Positions 50,715-63,919 of a DNA stretch of 64,000 bases are shown piece after piece. Each line of letters starts with the position of its first letter. Position 1 is the first letter of the stretch. Both the position numbers and the translations under genes were made by a program. Under the pieces are notes generated by a model, which was not told where the DNA came from, did no database searches, and worked only from the letters and a program-made list of their open reading frames with translations. Source of the DNA: Chiloscyllium plagiosum (taxonomy: Eukaryota); NCBI RefSeq assembly GCF_004010195.1, contig NC_057711.1, positions 80,511,846-80,575,845 of the forward strand. The letters are read 5' to 3'.

Positions 50715-51840
50715 AAACATATGAACAAGTTGCAGAAATAGACCATTCAACCCTTTATTGCTGATTCCAGTGTAACCTCAAGAACACAGTTTCATTTACC
50801 TGATAACCTTTCAACAACTTTCTTAAGACAAATCTATCCACCTCTGCTTTAAAAATATTTGAGGACTCTGCTCCCACCACCTATTCCAAATTTCCAAAGA
50901 CTTATGATCCACTGTAAAATAAAAACTTTGCCTCACCTCTGCTTTAAATGGTGACTCTTTAATTTTCAGTAGTGAGCCCTGGTTTTTGATTCTCCCATAA
51001 CAGGAAGCATTCTCTCCACATTCAAACTGTCAAGGCCCCTCAGGATGTCTCAATCAAGTTGCGCATGCCTTGTATTCTTCTAAATGCTAGCAGATAGAGC
51101 CTGTACTAACTTCCTTCATAAGACAATCCGCCCATTCTGGATATTAGTCTTGTAACTTCCTCTGATTTTTTTTTAAACACACTTGTGTCTTTCCTTAAAT
51201 AAAGTGATGAATATGTACAGTACTCCACATGTAGTCTCACAAATATCCTGTGTAACTGAAGCATAATCTTTGTACTTCTGTATCAATTCTATTCACAATA
51301 AATGATAATATTCCATTAACTTTCCTAATTATTTGCTATGCTTACCAACCTGCCTTTTGTCATCCATGCACTCAGTCACCCAGATCCCTCTTCATCTTAG
51401 AGTTCTTCAATCTCTCACCATTAACAATATATGTTTCTTTATTATTTCTCCTACCAAAATGAACAATTTTACATTTTGATTTATAAGGTCTTTGTTCACT
51501 CACATAAGCTATGGGCGGCACGGTGGCACAGTGGTTAGCACTGCTGCCTCACAGCGCCAGAGACCCGGGTGTCTGCGTGGGTTTCCTCCAGGTGCTCCGG
51601 TTTCCTCCCACAGTCCAAAGATGTGCAGGGTCAGGTGAATTGGCCATACTAAATTCCCCGTAGTGTTAGGTAAGGGGTAAATGTAGGGGTAGGGGTGGGT
51701 TTCGCTTCGGCGGGTCGGTGTGGACTTGTTGGGCCGAAGGGCCTGTTTCCACACTGTAATCTAATCTAATCTAATCTATCTATAATGTCTTGTAGCCTCC
51801 TTATAACATCGTCACAATTTACTTTCCTGTACCTACAAAT
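50715..51840 (-). mobile_element. Old CR1 3'/RT fragment (interrupted by a SINE)
   Basis: Reversed LVRLHVEYC, VHFGRRN and RRLQDIIDRL segments. Confidence 0.7.
51513..51779 (+). mobile_element. HE1-type SINE with internal deletion
   Basis: A-box ggtggcacagtggttagc; ~55-bp deletion through the B-box region; (taatc)n tail. Confidence 0.9.
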
Positions 51841-51844
51841 GTAA

Positions 51845-52130
51845 GGGCGGCACGGTGGCATAGTGGTTAGCACTGCTGCCTCACAGCGCCAGAGACCTGG
51901 GATCAATTCCTGCCTCAGGCAACCGTCTGTGTGGAGTTTGCACATTCTCCCAGTGTCTGCGTGGGTTTCCTCCAGAGGGGCTCCGGTTTCCTCCCACAGT
52001 CCAAAAATGTTAGGTGCATTGGCCATGCTAAATTGCCTGTAGTGTTAGGTGAAGGGGTAAATGTAAGGGAATGGGTCGGTGTGGTTTTGATGAGCCGAAT
52101 GATCTGCTTCCACACTGTAGGGATTCAATA
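51845..52130 (+). mobile_element. HE1-type SINE
   Basis: A-box, B-box-like ggatcaattcc, conserved core gtctgtgtggagtttgcac, HER1-like tail. Confidence 0.9.
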
Positions 52131-54230
52131 ATTTAGAACAAGATCTAATTGCCTGCTCCAATTGAGTAGAATGTGACATGCCAGGATGATACGGTACCCG
52201 CCATCCAGACGATACTAACTTGCATCTAGAGAGTCAGAAACGGTGGCAAGGAACTCAGCACTCAATGGACATCATCAGCACCAAGCTCTGCCTGATTGCC
52301 AGGTGGAGCCTCCATGTCCTCTTTCACTTCACATGAGCCCCAACAGCTCATTTCAATCCATTCCCCACACCCCATGTGGCAACTGATCACTGAACTTTGC
52401 TTCCAGCTGTTGTTCTTGTCCCCTAAGCCCTGACATTACACCTGAATGATGCCTACTCTGGTTCTCCACACTCCTGCTTTGGATGCCATAGTGGTGGTCA
52501 TTGCCAGTAACCCATTCCCCATAGCATACTGTGCCCTCTGATTCTGCCTTAAACCTTGAGTATCCTCCCATCATTGACCTTACTGCACCTCAATACAAGC
52601 CTCTGCATTTTTCCCGTAGCCTTGACTCCCTCACCCCTATTTGTAATGATGCTCCCGAACCTACAATGCTACAGAGACCCCTTACTCCCTCATCAAGGAC
52701 AACAGATGAACCCCTCCCAGGACTGTATTAATCCCAGGTCTCTGACCAACTTTAAATAGCACTGAGACCTGCTAGTTGAAATTCCTGACCACTGTTTTTA
52801 CACCTAATTGACCAATAACACATTTTCCTGATCAATTATGCTGGCCCTATGGGAGTTGCACACTCTCCAGCCTACAGATGGACATATCCCCTGACGGTGA
52901 CTGACTTGTGGTAAGTAATCATGGCCAAACTTTGTGGTCATGACTGATGGTGCTGGTACTTCCTGACCAACAGCAGCCCTGCCTTGACTGGTTACAGGAT
53001 TAGCTCCCAGTTAGTTTCTGACATGGCTATTTGATTGAATGAATATGCAATGTATTTCCACACAAACAGTTGACAAATGCTCGAAATGTTAGATTGACAC
53101 CTCAGTGTTCTGTATAGCAAGACTCCCACCTTCCACACAGATCCCTAATGACAAGTATGGCAAGCAACCTATCTGTGTAGCTGTCAAAGCAGCAGTAGTT
53201 GATAGCCTTTAGGCTCTGGCTGAAGTAACAAAGACCAACAGACAATGCAAGGCAAGGCCTGAATGTAGTGAGCATGCAGATGGGCACGAAGTGAGCGATA
53301 AGATAGCAACTAAGTGGCCGCGAGATGCAATGAGGTCCAAAAGGGGAGCTGGGTGCCTCTCCTTTTGTGCAAAGTGTCCTTGCTGCAGGCTATCAATGCT
53401 AGTTAGTGCAATATAGGCCTGTATTTCCTACGCATTCTGTAAGTGGATCTGAGAGATGTCGTGATGATCACAAATTGGTAAATGTCAGATGACAATGTCT
53501 GAGGGTGAGGGTTGCTGTGGATGTACCCTTGAGATGCTGTTTCACACTGAGCAACATGAAGGTTCCTAACAGCCAGTGGCAAATGGAAGTCACCAAGTAC
53601 CTGCTCTGCAGTCCTTGTCGAGGATTCACGAATATGCAACTTTTAGGTTGATTTGTGAGTTTGGTTAAATTATAAGCTGCATGTTAATGAAACAAGATGT
53701 GCAGTTCATAAGATGTTTTGCAAGTAATAATGTCCATTACTTGGCAACTTGCCACTGACTAGCGAGAAACTTACCTTGGTGTCCAACAGATGCACAAGAG
53801 ATACAGTGAGTTGCTCCCCAAGTCAAGATTGGTCTTGCCAGACTATTCCTATGATCCAGCCACAAATCTCACTACAGCCCATATTGTTCAGACCCATGTG
53901 AAATTCTACCCAGTAAATGCATTGTAAGTTTTGAAGTAGGTATTGCCGCAACACAATTAATTTCATTGTTTGCATATTGATATGACAAAGGATAAAAATA
54001 TTCAGGCAGAGTCATATCATTGTATCACAGAAAATGTGGAGTTCTTAAAGGGAAGCTTTCTTAAAACTAAGGTAAACTTTCAACATCCCCCTCCATTCCA
54101 AAACAAAGTTTAAGTATTTATAGCAACAAGTAAGCCAATGAATCTCTGTTCAATATAGTCTTCTTCGAGTGTGGGTGTGGGTTCTTAAAAATAACAGCTG
54201 AGGGGTTATAATCAAATTACTGGGGTATTT

Positions 54231-54532
54231 ATGAAGACACTGGACTGGGTGAGTTGTTATAAAATTATTGAGGGTTATATGAAAACCGAAATGGAGCAGT
54301 TGTTATAAAATTATTAAGGGTTATATGAATACAGGACTGGAAAAAGTTGTTATAAAATTATTGAGGGTTATATGAACACTAGACTGGGGGAAATTGTTAT
54401 AAAAGTATTGAGGGTTATATGAGCACTAGACTGGGGGAGTTGTTATAACATTATTGAGGGTTATATGAACACTGGACTTGAAGAAATTGTTATAAAATTA
54501 TTGCGGTTTATATGAACACTGAAATGGGGGCA
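54231..54532. repeat. Tandem array of a ~47-bp unit, ~6.4 copies
   Basis: atgaacactrgactggggrarttgttataaaattattgagggttat repeated. Confidence 0.95.
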
Positions 54533-54883
54533 GGGTGGCGCTGTACTTGGAGCAAAAGGAGCTCCATCCAATGGACTGGTGGGTGGGTGGGCAATTGTAG
54601 GCTGTGTAGCCACAGCTAGGCCCCATTCTGAGTGTGAGGAATTCAGTTTGGAGGCAGCCAGAAGATGGGAGGAGTGGTGCTCACGTCTCAATCTTCAGAA
54701 CTGAGTGAGCAGGAGTGGTCAAGGGAGGTCTGAGAAAGTAAGGAGAGGTGAGGGAGGGAACGAAGGAGAGAGGGAGGACATGTAAGTACTTGTGTGCTCA
54801 GGCAGTCATGGACCAGGTTACCGCTACCATCTTGATCCCACACAATTTTATAACTTTAAAGCGGTAATTTTATAACACCCTCC

Positions 54884-55204
54884 CAGCATGGTGTCTCAGT
54901 AGTTAGCCCTGCTGCCTCACAGCATCAGGAATCTGAGTTCAATTCCAGCTTCGGGCAAATGTCTGTGTGGAGTTTGCACCCATGTCTGCGTGGGTTTCCT
55001 GCCTCAATCCAAAGATGTGCAGGTTAGGTGAATTGGCCACGCTAAATTGCCCCTAGTGTTCAGGGGTGTGTACTATAGGTGCATTAGTCAGGGGTAAAAA
55101 TAGGGTAAGGGAATTGGTCTGGATGGGTTACTCTTCGTAGGGTCGGTGTGGACTTGTTGGGCCGAAGGGCCTGTTTCCACACAGTAGGGAAGCTAATTCT
55201 AATT
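54884..55204 (+). mobile_element. HE1-type SINE
   Basis: A-box, gagttcaattcc B-box, core and (ctaatt)n tail. Confidence 0.9.
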
Positions 55205-55219
55205 CAGCCCAGTGTTCAT

Positions 55220-56450
55220 CATTGATTTGTTCTTTGAAGTCCACTTGCTGCTTCAGTGGCTTTTTGATTTCCTCTATGTGTTGCTTGAATTCATTTACTA
55301 ATGTATAATTGCTGGTATTTATTTATGAAAATGTTGCCTCATGAGTGACTTGGAGCTCCTTGTTGTGTACATCTCCATCTGCAGGTAACTCCCTTTAGCA
55401 TTGCTTTGAGCTCAAGCTGACATTTCTGTATGTGCATGTTCCTCCAGAGATTCTTAAAAAATAGCAATCTTTTAATCAGATCGAGGATAAAGAGCTTGTA
55501 TTCATCTTTCTTCCTGTAGCAGCTCTTCTTTCACCTGTGTTAGCTGAGCAGATGTCTCCTCTAAAGATTTGATTATTATCTCAAATATGTTATTTGCCTG
55601 GGTTAGTGTGAGTTAAAAGCATTGTATTACTTGATCAGCCATGATCGTATTGAATAGTGGCACAGGTACCATGGGTTGAATAGCTTAGTCCTGTTCCTAT
55701 GTTCCTCTCATGTTATTTTGGGAAAAAGGTTTACTGAACTCGGAGTGATTTTTCTTATATTAGGTTGTGATCGTGTTTCCTCAAAGCGAGTAAGTGCTTT
55801 CAATTCTTGACTGACATGCAATCCTTTCTTGGGGTGTTTCTATGAATCCCATTTTGCGTTGGGGTGAGATTGGACCAGAAAGAAAATCAAATAGTACAAT
55901 GTACTCCTTGCCTTCTCCATGCAGTTTATTGACTCAAGAAATCTTAATTTTTCCAAATCCTGCAACCAAGTTAGTAAGAGTAGCCTATTACAGTCAAGGT
56001 CACTGCGCCCCTTAACTTCTTCGCCTCTGACTTCTTGAAATCTGCCACAGTAAATATCAGGAACCTTTATTAGTGTTCAGTACACTAGTGGTATGCTTGC
56101 TAAATTCATCATTTACCTTTTGAATAGCCTTGAAGCAGTAGGACAAAGTTCTGTGGTCATCCTTTTGTAGGATTCTCTCAAGTCCAGAGTATTATTCACT
56201 GCACTCATATCTCTCTGCAGTCTTAAGCAACACTGCCACTTCATGAATTTTAAAAGTTCCATTTCATTGAAATTTAACAATGTTTGTCCAGCAACACATC
56301 ATATTGATCTGTTACATCTCTCCTGGCATATTCTCAAAGTTTTCATGTTGTCAGTTAACCATTTTCCCAATGATTGTAATGGACTCCTCCTGTTAGCTTG
56401 TTTAACATTTAGTTTGACCCTGCTGTCAATACTGATGAGGTCTACAGCTA
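55220..56450 (-). pseudogene. Decayed nesprin-2 (SYNE2)-like spectrin-repeat giant-exon fragment
   Basis: In order: KWLTDNMKTLRICQERCNR; AIQKVNDEFSKHTTSVLNTN; DCNRLLLLTWLQDLEKL; QLTQVKEELLQEER*IQALYPRSD*KIAIFKNL; ELQVTHEATFS*INTSNYTLVNEF. Long frames with sparse stops; a small CR1 UTR insert lies at ~55632-55705. Confidence 0.65.
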
Positions 56451-57960
56451 TACCAAGCCGTCCCAACTCCTGTACTCAATGTTCGAACTGCTGAAGGCAA
56501 GAATGCCAAACGTCATCTTCACCACCTTACCTACTGTGACACCACTTTCAAGCAACTATAGTCCTGCACTCGTATGTCTTTCTGTTCCACAACATTCCCC
56601 AGGACACTACCATTAACTGCACAAGTCCTGCCCTAATTTGTCTTAGCAAAATGCAACATCTCTCATTTATCTGCATTAAACTCCATCTGTCATTCCTTAG
56701 CTCACTGGCTCAGTTGATCCACAAACCATTGTAATCTTAGAAAACCGTCTTCACTATCCACAATACCACCAAATTTGGGGTCATCTGCAAACTTACTAAA
56801 CATGCTTCTATATTCTCATACAAATAGTTTATATAAACTAACAAATATAAGTGGGCCCAGCACTGATCCTTGCGGCACACCGCTGGTCATAGTTCTCCAA
56901 TCTGAACAACAATCCTCTACCACCATCCATTTCCAACCATCAAGCCAATTTTGTATCTAATTAGCTAGCTCTCCCTGGATCCTTTGTGACCTAACCTTAC
57001 TAACCAGTCTACCATGCAAAACCTTGTCGAAGGCCTTCACCTATATAGATTCTATATCTTTTAAGCCAAGATTATTTCTTGATATCATATTCATGCCATC
57101 CCATACCAATAATGTTACCCTACAACCCTTTCCTTCCTGTCATTCTTTCAAAAATACACATATCTCTAAATATTTAGTTCCCAGCTTTGATCTCTTTTTA
57201 ATCACATCTCTGTAATGGTGAAAAGATCATACCCAATAATCGACTATGATGTCATTAATTCATTTACTTTGTTCTAAATACTACATAAATTTAAATAAAG
57301 AGCCACTATTTTGCCTCTTTCCATTTTTTTTCTCTTAGACCCTATTTACTGCTGTATTTCTATGTTTGCATACTCTGTCCCAGCCTGTTCCCCCTCTGAG
57401 TGTTGTTATCCAAACAGTTGTCCTGTAATGTTGCCATACCCTCTTGCTTTGCTGGCTCATATTTTCTGTCTTCAAAACTCAATTCCTCAACTTAATGAGT
57501 TTAAAGTCTGTCGACAGCTTTAGTGATTTGACTCGCTAAGACACTAGTCCCAGCACAATTCAAATGAAGCCCATCCCAATAGAATAGCTCCCTTTTACTT
57601 CAGTCATAGAGCCTGTGTCCATTCCACCACACTAATCCAAGCCACACAGATAACTCATTGCTTTTAATTACTCTATGCCAATTTGCCCACAGTTTAAGTA
57701 GTAATCCAGAGATTATTACCTTGGATGTTCTTTATTTTAATTATTATTTTTGATTAATTATTTTTAATTTAGCTCCTAAGTGTTCAAAGTCTTCAAACAA
57801 AACATTCGTTCATGTCAATGATACCAATGTGAATGATAACTATTGGATCCCTCCTATCCCTCTCAAAATTCTTCTCTATCCTCGAGCAGATATCCTTAAC
57901 CTTTGTACCTGACATACAACACTACCTTCGAGACTCCCACTCACAGCTGATCAAGACCCA
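56451..57960 (-). mobile_element. Degenerate CR1 (RT and 5' remnants) inserted in the decayed exon
   Basis: Reversed [29 protein letters not shown]. Confidence 0.8.
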
Positions 57961-57964
57961 TGAC

Positions 57965-58930
57965 CCCCCATCGAGATGTAGCTCAAAGAAGAGTGCCTGA
58001 ATACTAAACATTTCATCATATACATGTAACAGTCCTTTCGTACTGTTTTGAGAATGCCAATCTCAAATAAGTTTATATTTTCATTCTAATAAATGCGTGA
58101 AAAAACTACAAGGAGGCAAATAGACAAGAAATTTTAAATATTACTTTTGACACATTGTAAGGTATTACAAAGATCCTCAGTTTCATGAGAAACTTTGTAA
58201 ATGTACAGAACATATGGAATCTTGAGATCTTCTTCATACGTGGAACTGTTCATCAAATATCTTTGTGCATGTCCCCTTGTGCATAACATCCCACTGGTAT
58301 AAAAGAGATCACATAATGAATCAGTCATCATGATATATGATGAATATTTTACTCAATCTCAGCAGTGACAAGATTGTCAGTGACAATGAGAAAAGGGTGA
58401 ATTAAATTCACAGCAGCAAGAATATTTTAAAAACAGAGCGAACACAACAGGCCATCAATCTCATCAAGCCTGTGAATTAGCAAAGGTTTCTTCTTTCCCG
58501 AAAATGCTTGGGAAAAAATATTCATTTTTGACAAAGAAATTCTTAACTGAATAGTTCCATGCTCTTTTTTCATGCTAAAAAAGATCTCTGAAGTGAAGGA
58601 ATGTGAAATTGGTCTTCAAGGAAATTGCAAAATGGCAGAAAGCAAAACAGCAAGCCATTTTATACTATGCTGAATTGTCTTTTTCATTTTCACCCACAAG
58701 AAATCTTTATATAGGCCATAAGATTCGAAGCTTGTGCAATTCATGCAGCAAATCACGCAGTGAGGGCAGAGTGGTATTTGCACATTGGAATTTTTTTTTA
58801 ACAATGCATATTTATTTTCAAGGCAGTTTTATTACAGAAAGAAATTTGACAATGGCAAACGATATAAAATAATACTCTACTGTGACAGGTACCACATCCA
58901 CTTCAAATAAACCATATTATTTTGAATAAA
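57965..58930 (-). pseudogene. Decayed nesprin-2 (SYNE2)-like giant-exon fragment (upstream part)
   Basis: FQCANTTLPSLRDLLHELHKLRI; HRLDEIDGLL; HETEDLCNTLQCVKSNI; NINLFEIGILKTVRK / GLLHVYDEM, collinear with recalled nesprin-2 VQRSEDTLKALEDFLASLR...KNNELLKNIQDVQSQISKIGLKDPTVPAVKHRK. Confidence 0.6.
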
Positions 58931-59000
58931 TTTAAACTTGTGGATTTTAACATTTGAAGTTGGGCCTATTAAGGTTCTAAAACATAATTTTCATACAGAA

Positions 59001-59336
59001 GGGCAGCATGGTGGCTCAGTGGTTAGCATTGCTGCCTCACAGGTCCAGGGACCTGGGTTCAATTCCGACCTTGGGAGGCTATCTGTGTGGAGTTTGCACA
59101 TCCTCCCCATGTCTGCTTGAGTTTCCTCTGGGTTTTCCAGTTTCTTCCCACAGTCCGAACATGTGCAGGCTCGGTGGACTGACCATGCTAAATTCCTCGT
59201 GGTGTTCGGGAATGTGTAAATTAAGTGGATTAGTCATGGCAAATGCAGGATTACAGGGATAGGGTGGGATGCTGTTTGGAGAGTCGGTGTTGACTGGTTG
59301 GACTGAACAGCTTGTTTCTACACTGTAAGGATTCCA
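59001..59336 (+). mobile_element. HE1-type SINE (older)
   Basis: ggtggctcagtggttagc A-box, gggttcaattcc B-box, core. Confidence 0.9.
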
Positions 59337-60829
59337 TGAAAAGAAACAGAGGATGTGACAAAAACAGTGAATGAGCAACAGGAAGTGTTGTAGAGCACTA
59401 GTAGTGTCCTTGCCTGCAGGCTAGTACCTCAAATATCAGAAATTGATAACCATGGAAGGTGTGTCATCTGCCAACCCAGTAGTTTAGCAATTTGTTCATC
59501 CTTCTGATACGTCCAAGGCAGGTGGTACAAGTGGGACAGTTTCTTGTTAGAGAGGGCCATGTGATAGCTGCAGTGCAAGAGCATCTCCATGTAGGACGAC
59601 TCTATGAACAAGGGTCATCCTTGTACTGAGGGACTATCACACATTAATGAGTAACTTTTGTTTGGCCTCACAAAAGTAGTAAGAAGAAAACAAGAGGGAA
59701 GAAGTTCAGTGATAATTATTGGAAGTTTGTGAATTGCCCACTCCCAATAGAATACATCCTAAAAATGATGATGAAAGAAGAAAGATAGAAATATAAGACA
59801 AACTCATCACAATTGCTCATTGGACTCAAGAGTGGTTTCAGAAGACTGGAGACTTTTTGATGACTATTTAAGTTAGGGTTGAGGAATAGATTAGGAAACT
59901 TCAGACAAAACAGTCTAACTTACCCACACCTCCATCCTTCTCACACTCCAACCCAACCACCTCTGTTATAGAAAGGTGCTGAAGGGTCTGAAAGAATTAA
60001 TACTGAGGAGCGCTTCAAGCACAACCCACTACAATGATGTCATCGGTACTTGGTGGAAGAACAGTTTAAGATCTCAAAGGCACTTAACATCCAAGTCCTC
60101 CTCAGTCTTTGTAACAATATCCATAATATCAGTGTAGATTCTACACAGAACGTGTGATAAAGTACATCTTCTTTAAAACAAGAGCCTCTTCTCATTAGAA
60201 TAGTAATTGGTTTTCTTCTGCAACACCAGACTAAGCTGACCTTAGACATCCCCACCTAGGAGAAGATAATGACCCCAGATTGAAAAATAGTGCAGAGAGC
60301 CTCACACAACAAGATGGCCAATGACGAGGATTCCTCACTGAACACCCCTGACCATCTGACAACCTCTCTGACCTACATACTCATCTGACAATCACTACCA
60401 TTCACTCACAGTCAAAAATTACACCTTTTAAATTTACCAGACAGAATATGGCAGCAAGTGCCATATTAAAAAGGGTTGTATCCCATCTTGCGTGACTCTA
60501 TTCCACTCTGACAGATAACCTGACAAATTCTGGCCTGACAATTCTTCCTTCGCTGGGATTATATAATCTCTGAAGAAGTAGGCTACAGCATCAGTTTGGA
60601 AGAATCCGTATGTACAGGAAATAGCCCCTCAGCCTTCTTTGGCCATGGGTTGCAGTGGCAACTTGCTTACTGGGCTGTACCTTGCATCTGTTGGTGAGAT
60701 AACTGCAGAGGTGATAATAAAACTCATTCCAAGTGAAGCCTGACCCCTGTTGATGGCATTAGCTGAAGACAGGCTCTTTCAGATGTCAATTAATTCAGAG
60801 ACAGTCATTGAGCAAAAGATAATAGAACC

Positions 60830-63288
60830 ATAGACACTTAGTGAAGTTACAAAGAAAAGCATAAAAAGAAGCTATTCTGCCCATTGTATCTGCATTGACT
60901 GAATAAACTAGCACTCCATTCTGATTCCACTTCCCAGTGCCTGGCCAGTAATTTTGCAGTTTTGTGCTTCAGGTATAGAGACAGGTTATTTTTTTAAATT
61001 AATTGAGGCTGTCCACCTTCATCACCAAACTGGATAGCGAACTCCAGGCACTCATCAACTTCTGAGTGAAAATCTTTTTACTTTGTCCCCCTCTAATCTT
61101 TTTACCCGTCATCTTAAATTGTGAACCCCGGGTAATTGACTGCTCTGCTCAGGAACTAGGTCTTTCTATCCAACTGACTCATTACTTTGTATGCCCTAAT
61201 TGAGTCACCTCTCAGCATGCTAGTTTAATCAAAAACAGCACTCGTGTATCCAGCTGTAATTTCCAATCCCTAGCAACATTTCTGTAAATCGGTTCCTTAC
61301 TCTCTAGACTTTATTCCTGATTGATGCATGTTTTTCCAAGTAACAATTAATCTTCTTTCCCAATATTGATTCCAGAACCTAGATCAGACTGACAAACTTA
61401 ATTATTTGGCCTATCCCTTGGAATGTTTTTTTTAATAATGCATAGACCTCCAAGCCTCTGGTATATAAAGTGAAGATTGGAACATGATCCTCAGATTATT
61501 TCTTCCCTGGCTTACAATGGAGTTCATCCAGCTCTGATGATTTATCTATCTTTAAAGAGAACAGTTCCTCAAGCACTTCTCCTAATTCTTATTTCAACTA
61601 ATACTTCACTTTCTTCCTCTTTACCTAGAAAACTCTGCATCACCCCTTTGTGAAGACAATGTAATCATTAAGATTCCCTTCCAGATACTCTACATCAAGA
61701 CAGATGTTTCCATGTACATACTCATAGTTATCCTCTTGCTCTTCATGAACAAATAGCATCTTTGGAGTTTCTTTAATTTTACTGGCCAATTTATTTCTGT
61801 ATTTTGTCTTTGTTTTCGTAATCTCTTTTTTAACTTCACTCCTGCACTTTCTCCAAATTCCTCTGAGCTTCCTGAAGTAGTACTCTTGAGTTTGCTATAA
61901 ACTATACATTTCTGCTTTATCCTACCTTGTATGCATCTGGATAACCTGGCAGCTCTAGATTTGGCAAATCACCCTTTGTTTTTTGTGGGGGCATGTCTAT
62001 ACTATGTGTAGAATCTCATTCTTAAACAGTTCCCACTGATTTAGCAGATTTTCCCTTCGGTAGCTTTGTCCATCTTTACCAAGTCATTACTTAGTTGAGT
62101 AAAGATTGCCCAGTTTTGTAGAGTTTGCCATTCTCTAACTTTTATTCATGTCTTATGTTTGCCCCATTCCATAGTGGTGCTAAATCTAACTACATTGTGA
62201 TAATGTTACAACACAGGGTAAACCCTCCTGCTTACTTACTTTAAACCAACAACACAGAAAAGATTTTTCCCTTGCATTACTCTGTGAAAAGTTGAGAGGC
62301 CAAGAACTAGTTAAAGTAAAAGTAACAACTTTATTTCTTAAAGTATAATAGAGAATAATTAACTAACAACTATTTACAACCCCTTCCTCTGACCTCTCTT
62401 TTACTTTCCTCTCTATAATACTAGTCTGATAAAACCCCTGACTAAGATTTACCAAAATTCAAATTTCAAAACCAGCCAGCTGTCCAATCTTCTCTTTATA
62501 TCGTCTTCTGTCTTCTTTTCTTCTTCTTCTTAGGGATTTCTGTTTCACAGGTCACTGATCGATAAAGATACCTTTACGAGAGCTATTCTCCGGGCCGTCT
62601 GCATGTTTTGGTGGCTTGGCAGTTCTCCCTCAACTGTTCAATTTTTCCCAGTCTTATACCCCCAAAGCATCGGATCGTGTCATTGGCTTTTAATATTGTC
62701 AATATATACTAAATTCAAACTTGATTGAAGTTTGGTATTTTTTCTAGGTATAATTTAAACTGATTGGCAAATTTGATTTTGTCTCCAGGCAACCAGCTAC
62801 ACTAGTTACTGGACCAAAAGTTTACATTATATCTTGATCAGAACACTTGGTGCTGTCGAGTAGTTCTGCTAGCTTTTAACTTTCTTAAAGGTACAGTACA
62901 CTCGCGTCTTCATAATAATAACTATCTTCAAAATGATCACTGAGTACTACTTCATTCAATTGCTCAGTTCCATTTCTTAAGACTTAAGTATAGAATTGCA
63001 CCGTCTCACTTGTTAGGTACTAGCTAATAGTGGTATTTCAGAATTTTCTGCCTTCTATGCTGTTCATACTATTTGCAACCCAATTGATATTTAGGTTTAA
63101 TCCTCAACTATTATTGGCCTAATGTCTTTATACTCAGAAATGTGCCTACATTGTTGGTCCGTTAATTCTTTTTTGGTATGGGGGTGATGTGGAAGTAGAG
63201 GGAGGGGTGATTCTACATGGCCAGCATTGTGGTTGTTTTTTGGTTTCTGAGCTCAACCCATTTAAGATTTCATTTAATTTATCATCTC
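60830..63288 (-). mobile_element. Very old CR1 remnant
   Basis: Reversed CR1 3' UTR/ORF2 features (~60860-61300) and decayed ORF2 downstream. Confidence 0.5.
62204..62917 (-). mobile_element. Solo LTR (714 bp)
   Basis: TGTTA...TAATA ends (one change from TAACA); 4-bp TSD ataa at 62200-62203 and 62918-62921; minus-strand TATA-like site ~62655 and AATAAA ~62332. Confidence 0.7.
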
Positions 63289-63366
63289 TCTTCAAAGTTT
63301 GTGCAAAGATTTGTAGCTCGGGTGCTCGTTGTTGTGGTTCTGTTCGCCGAGCTGGAAGTTTTTGTT

Positions 63367-63406
63367 GCAAACGTTTCGTCCCCTGGCTAGGCGACATCAT
63401 CAGTGC
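63367..63406 (-). ncRNA. Minimal type-I hammerhead ribozyme, complete core
   Basis: Minus strand GCA-CTGATGA-tGTCgCCtagccaGGgGAC-GAA-ACGT-T-TGC. Confidence 0.8.
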
Positions 63407-63919
63407 TTGGGAGCCTCCTGCGAAGCGCTTCTTTGATGTTTCCTCTGGTGTTTATAGTGGTCTGTCCCTGCCGCTTCCGGTTGTCAGTTTCAGCTGTCCG
63501 CTGTAGTGGTTGGTATATTGGGTCCAGGTCGATGTGTTTGTTGATGGAGTTTGTGGATGAATGCCATGCCTCTAGGAATTCCCTGGCTGTTCTCTGTCTG
63601 GCTGTTTCAGTTTCTGTTGTAGTTCTTTGGCCAGTTTGTATGATGGTGTCCCTGTCAGTGATACTATGGGTCTGAGTGGGATGTCATGAATTCGACTGGG
63701 ACAACACTACTATCACAGGTCAAGCCAGACAGAGAACAGCCAGGGAATTCCTAGAGTCATGGCATTCATCCACAAACTCCATCAACAAACACATCGACCT
63801 GGACCCAATATACCAACCACTACAGCGGACAGCTGAAACTGACAACCGGAAGCGGCAGGGACAGAGCACTATAAACACCGGAGGAAACATCAAAGAAGCG
63901 CTTCGCAGGAGGCTCCCAA

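Noticed and set aside
51845..51920. tRNA gene
   Set aside because: tRNA-derived head of an HE1 SINE
52135..53920. Ancient DNA-transposon-like segment
   Set aside because: Looks repeat-derived, but I found no diagnostic motif or termini to classify it
54231..54532. CRISPR-like periodic array
   Set aside because: The variable parts are homologous to one another, there are no cas genes, and the context is vertebrate; it is a minisatellite
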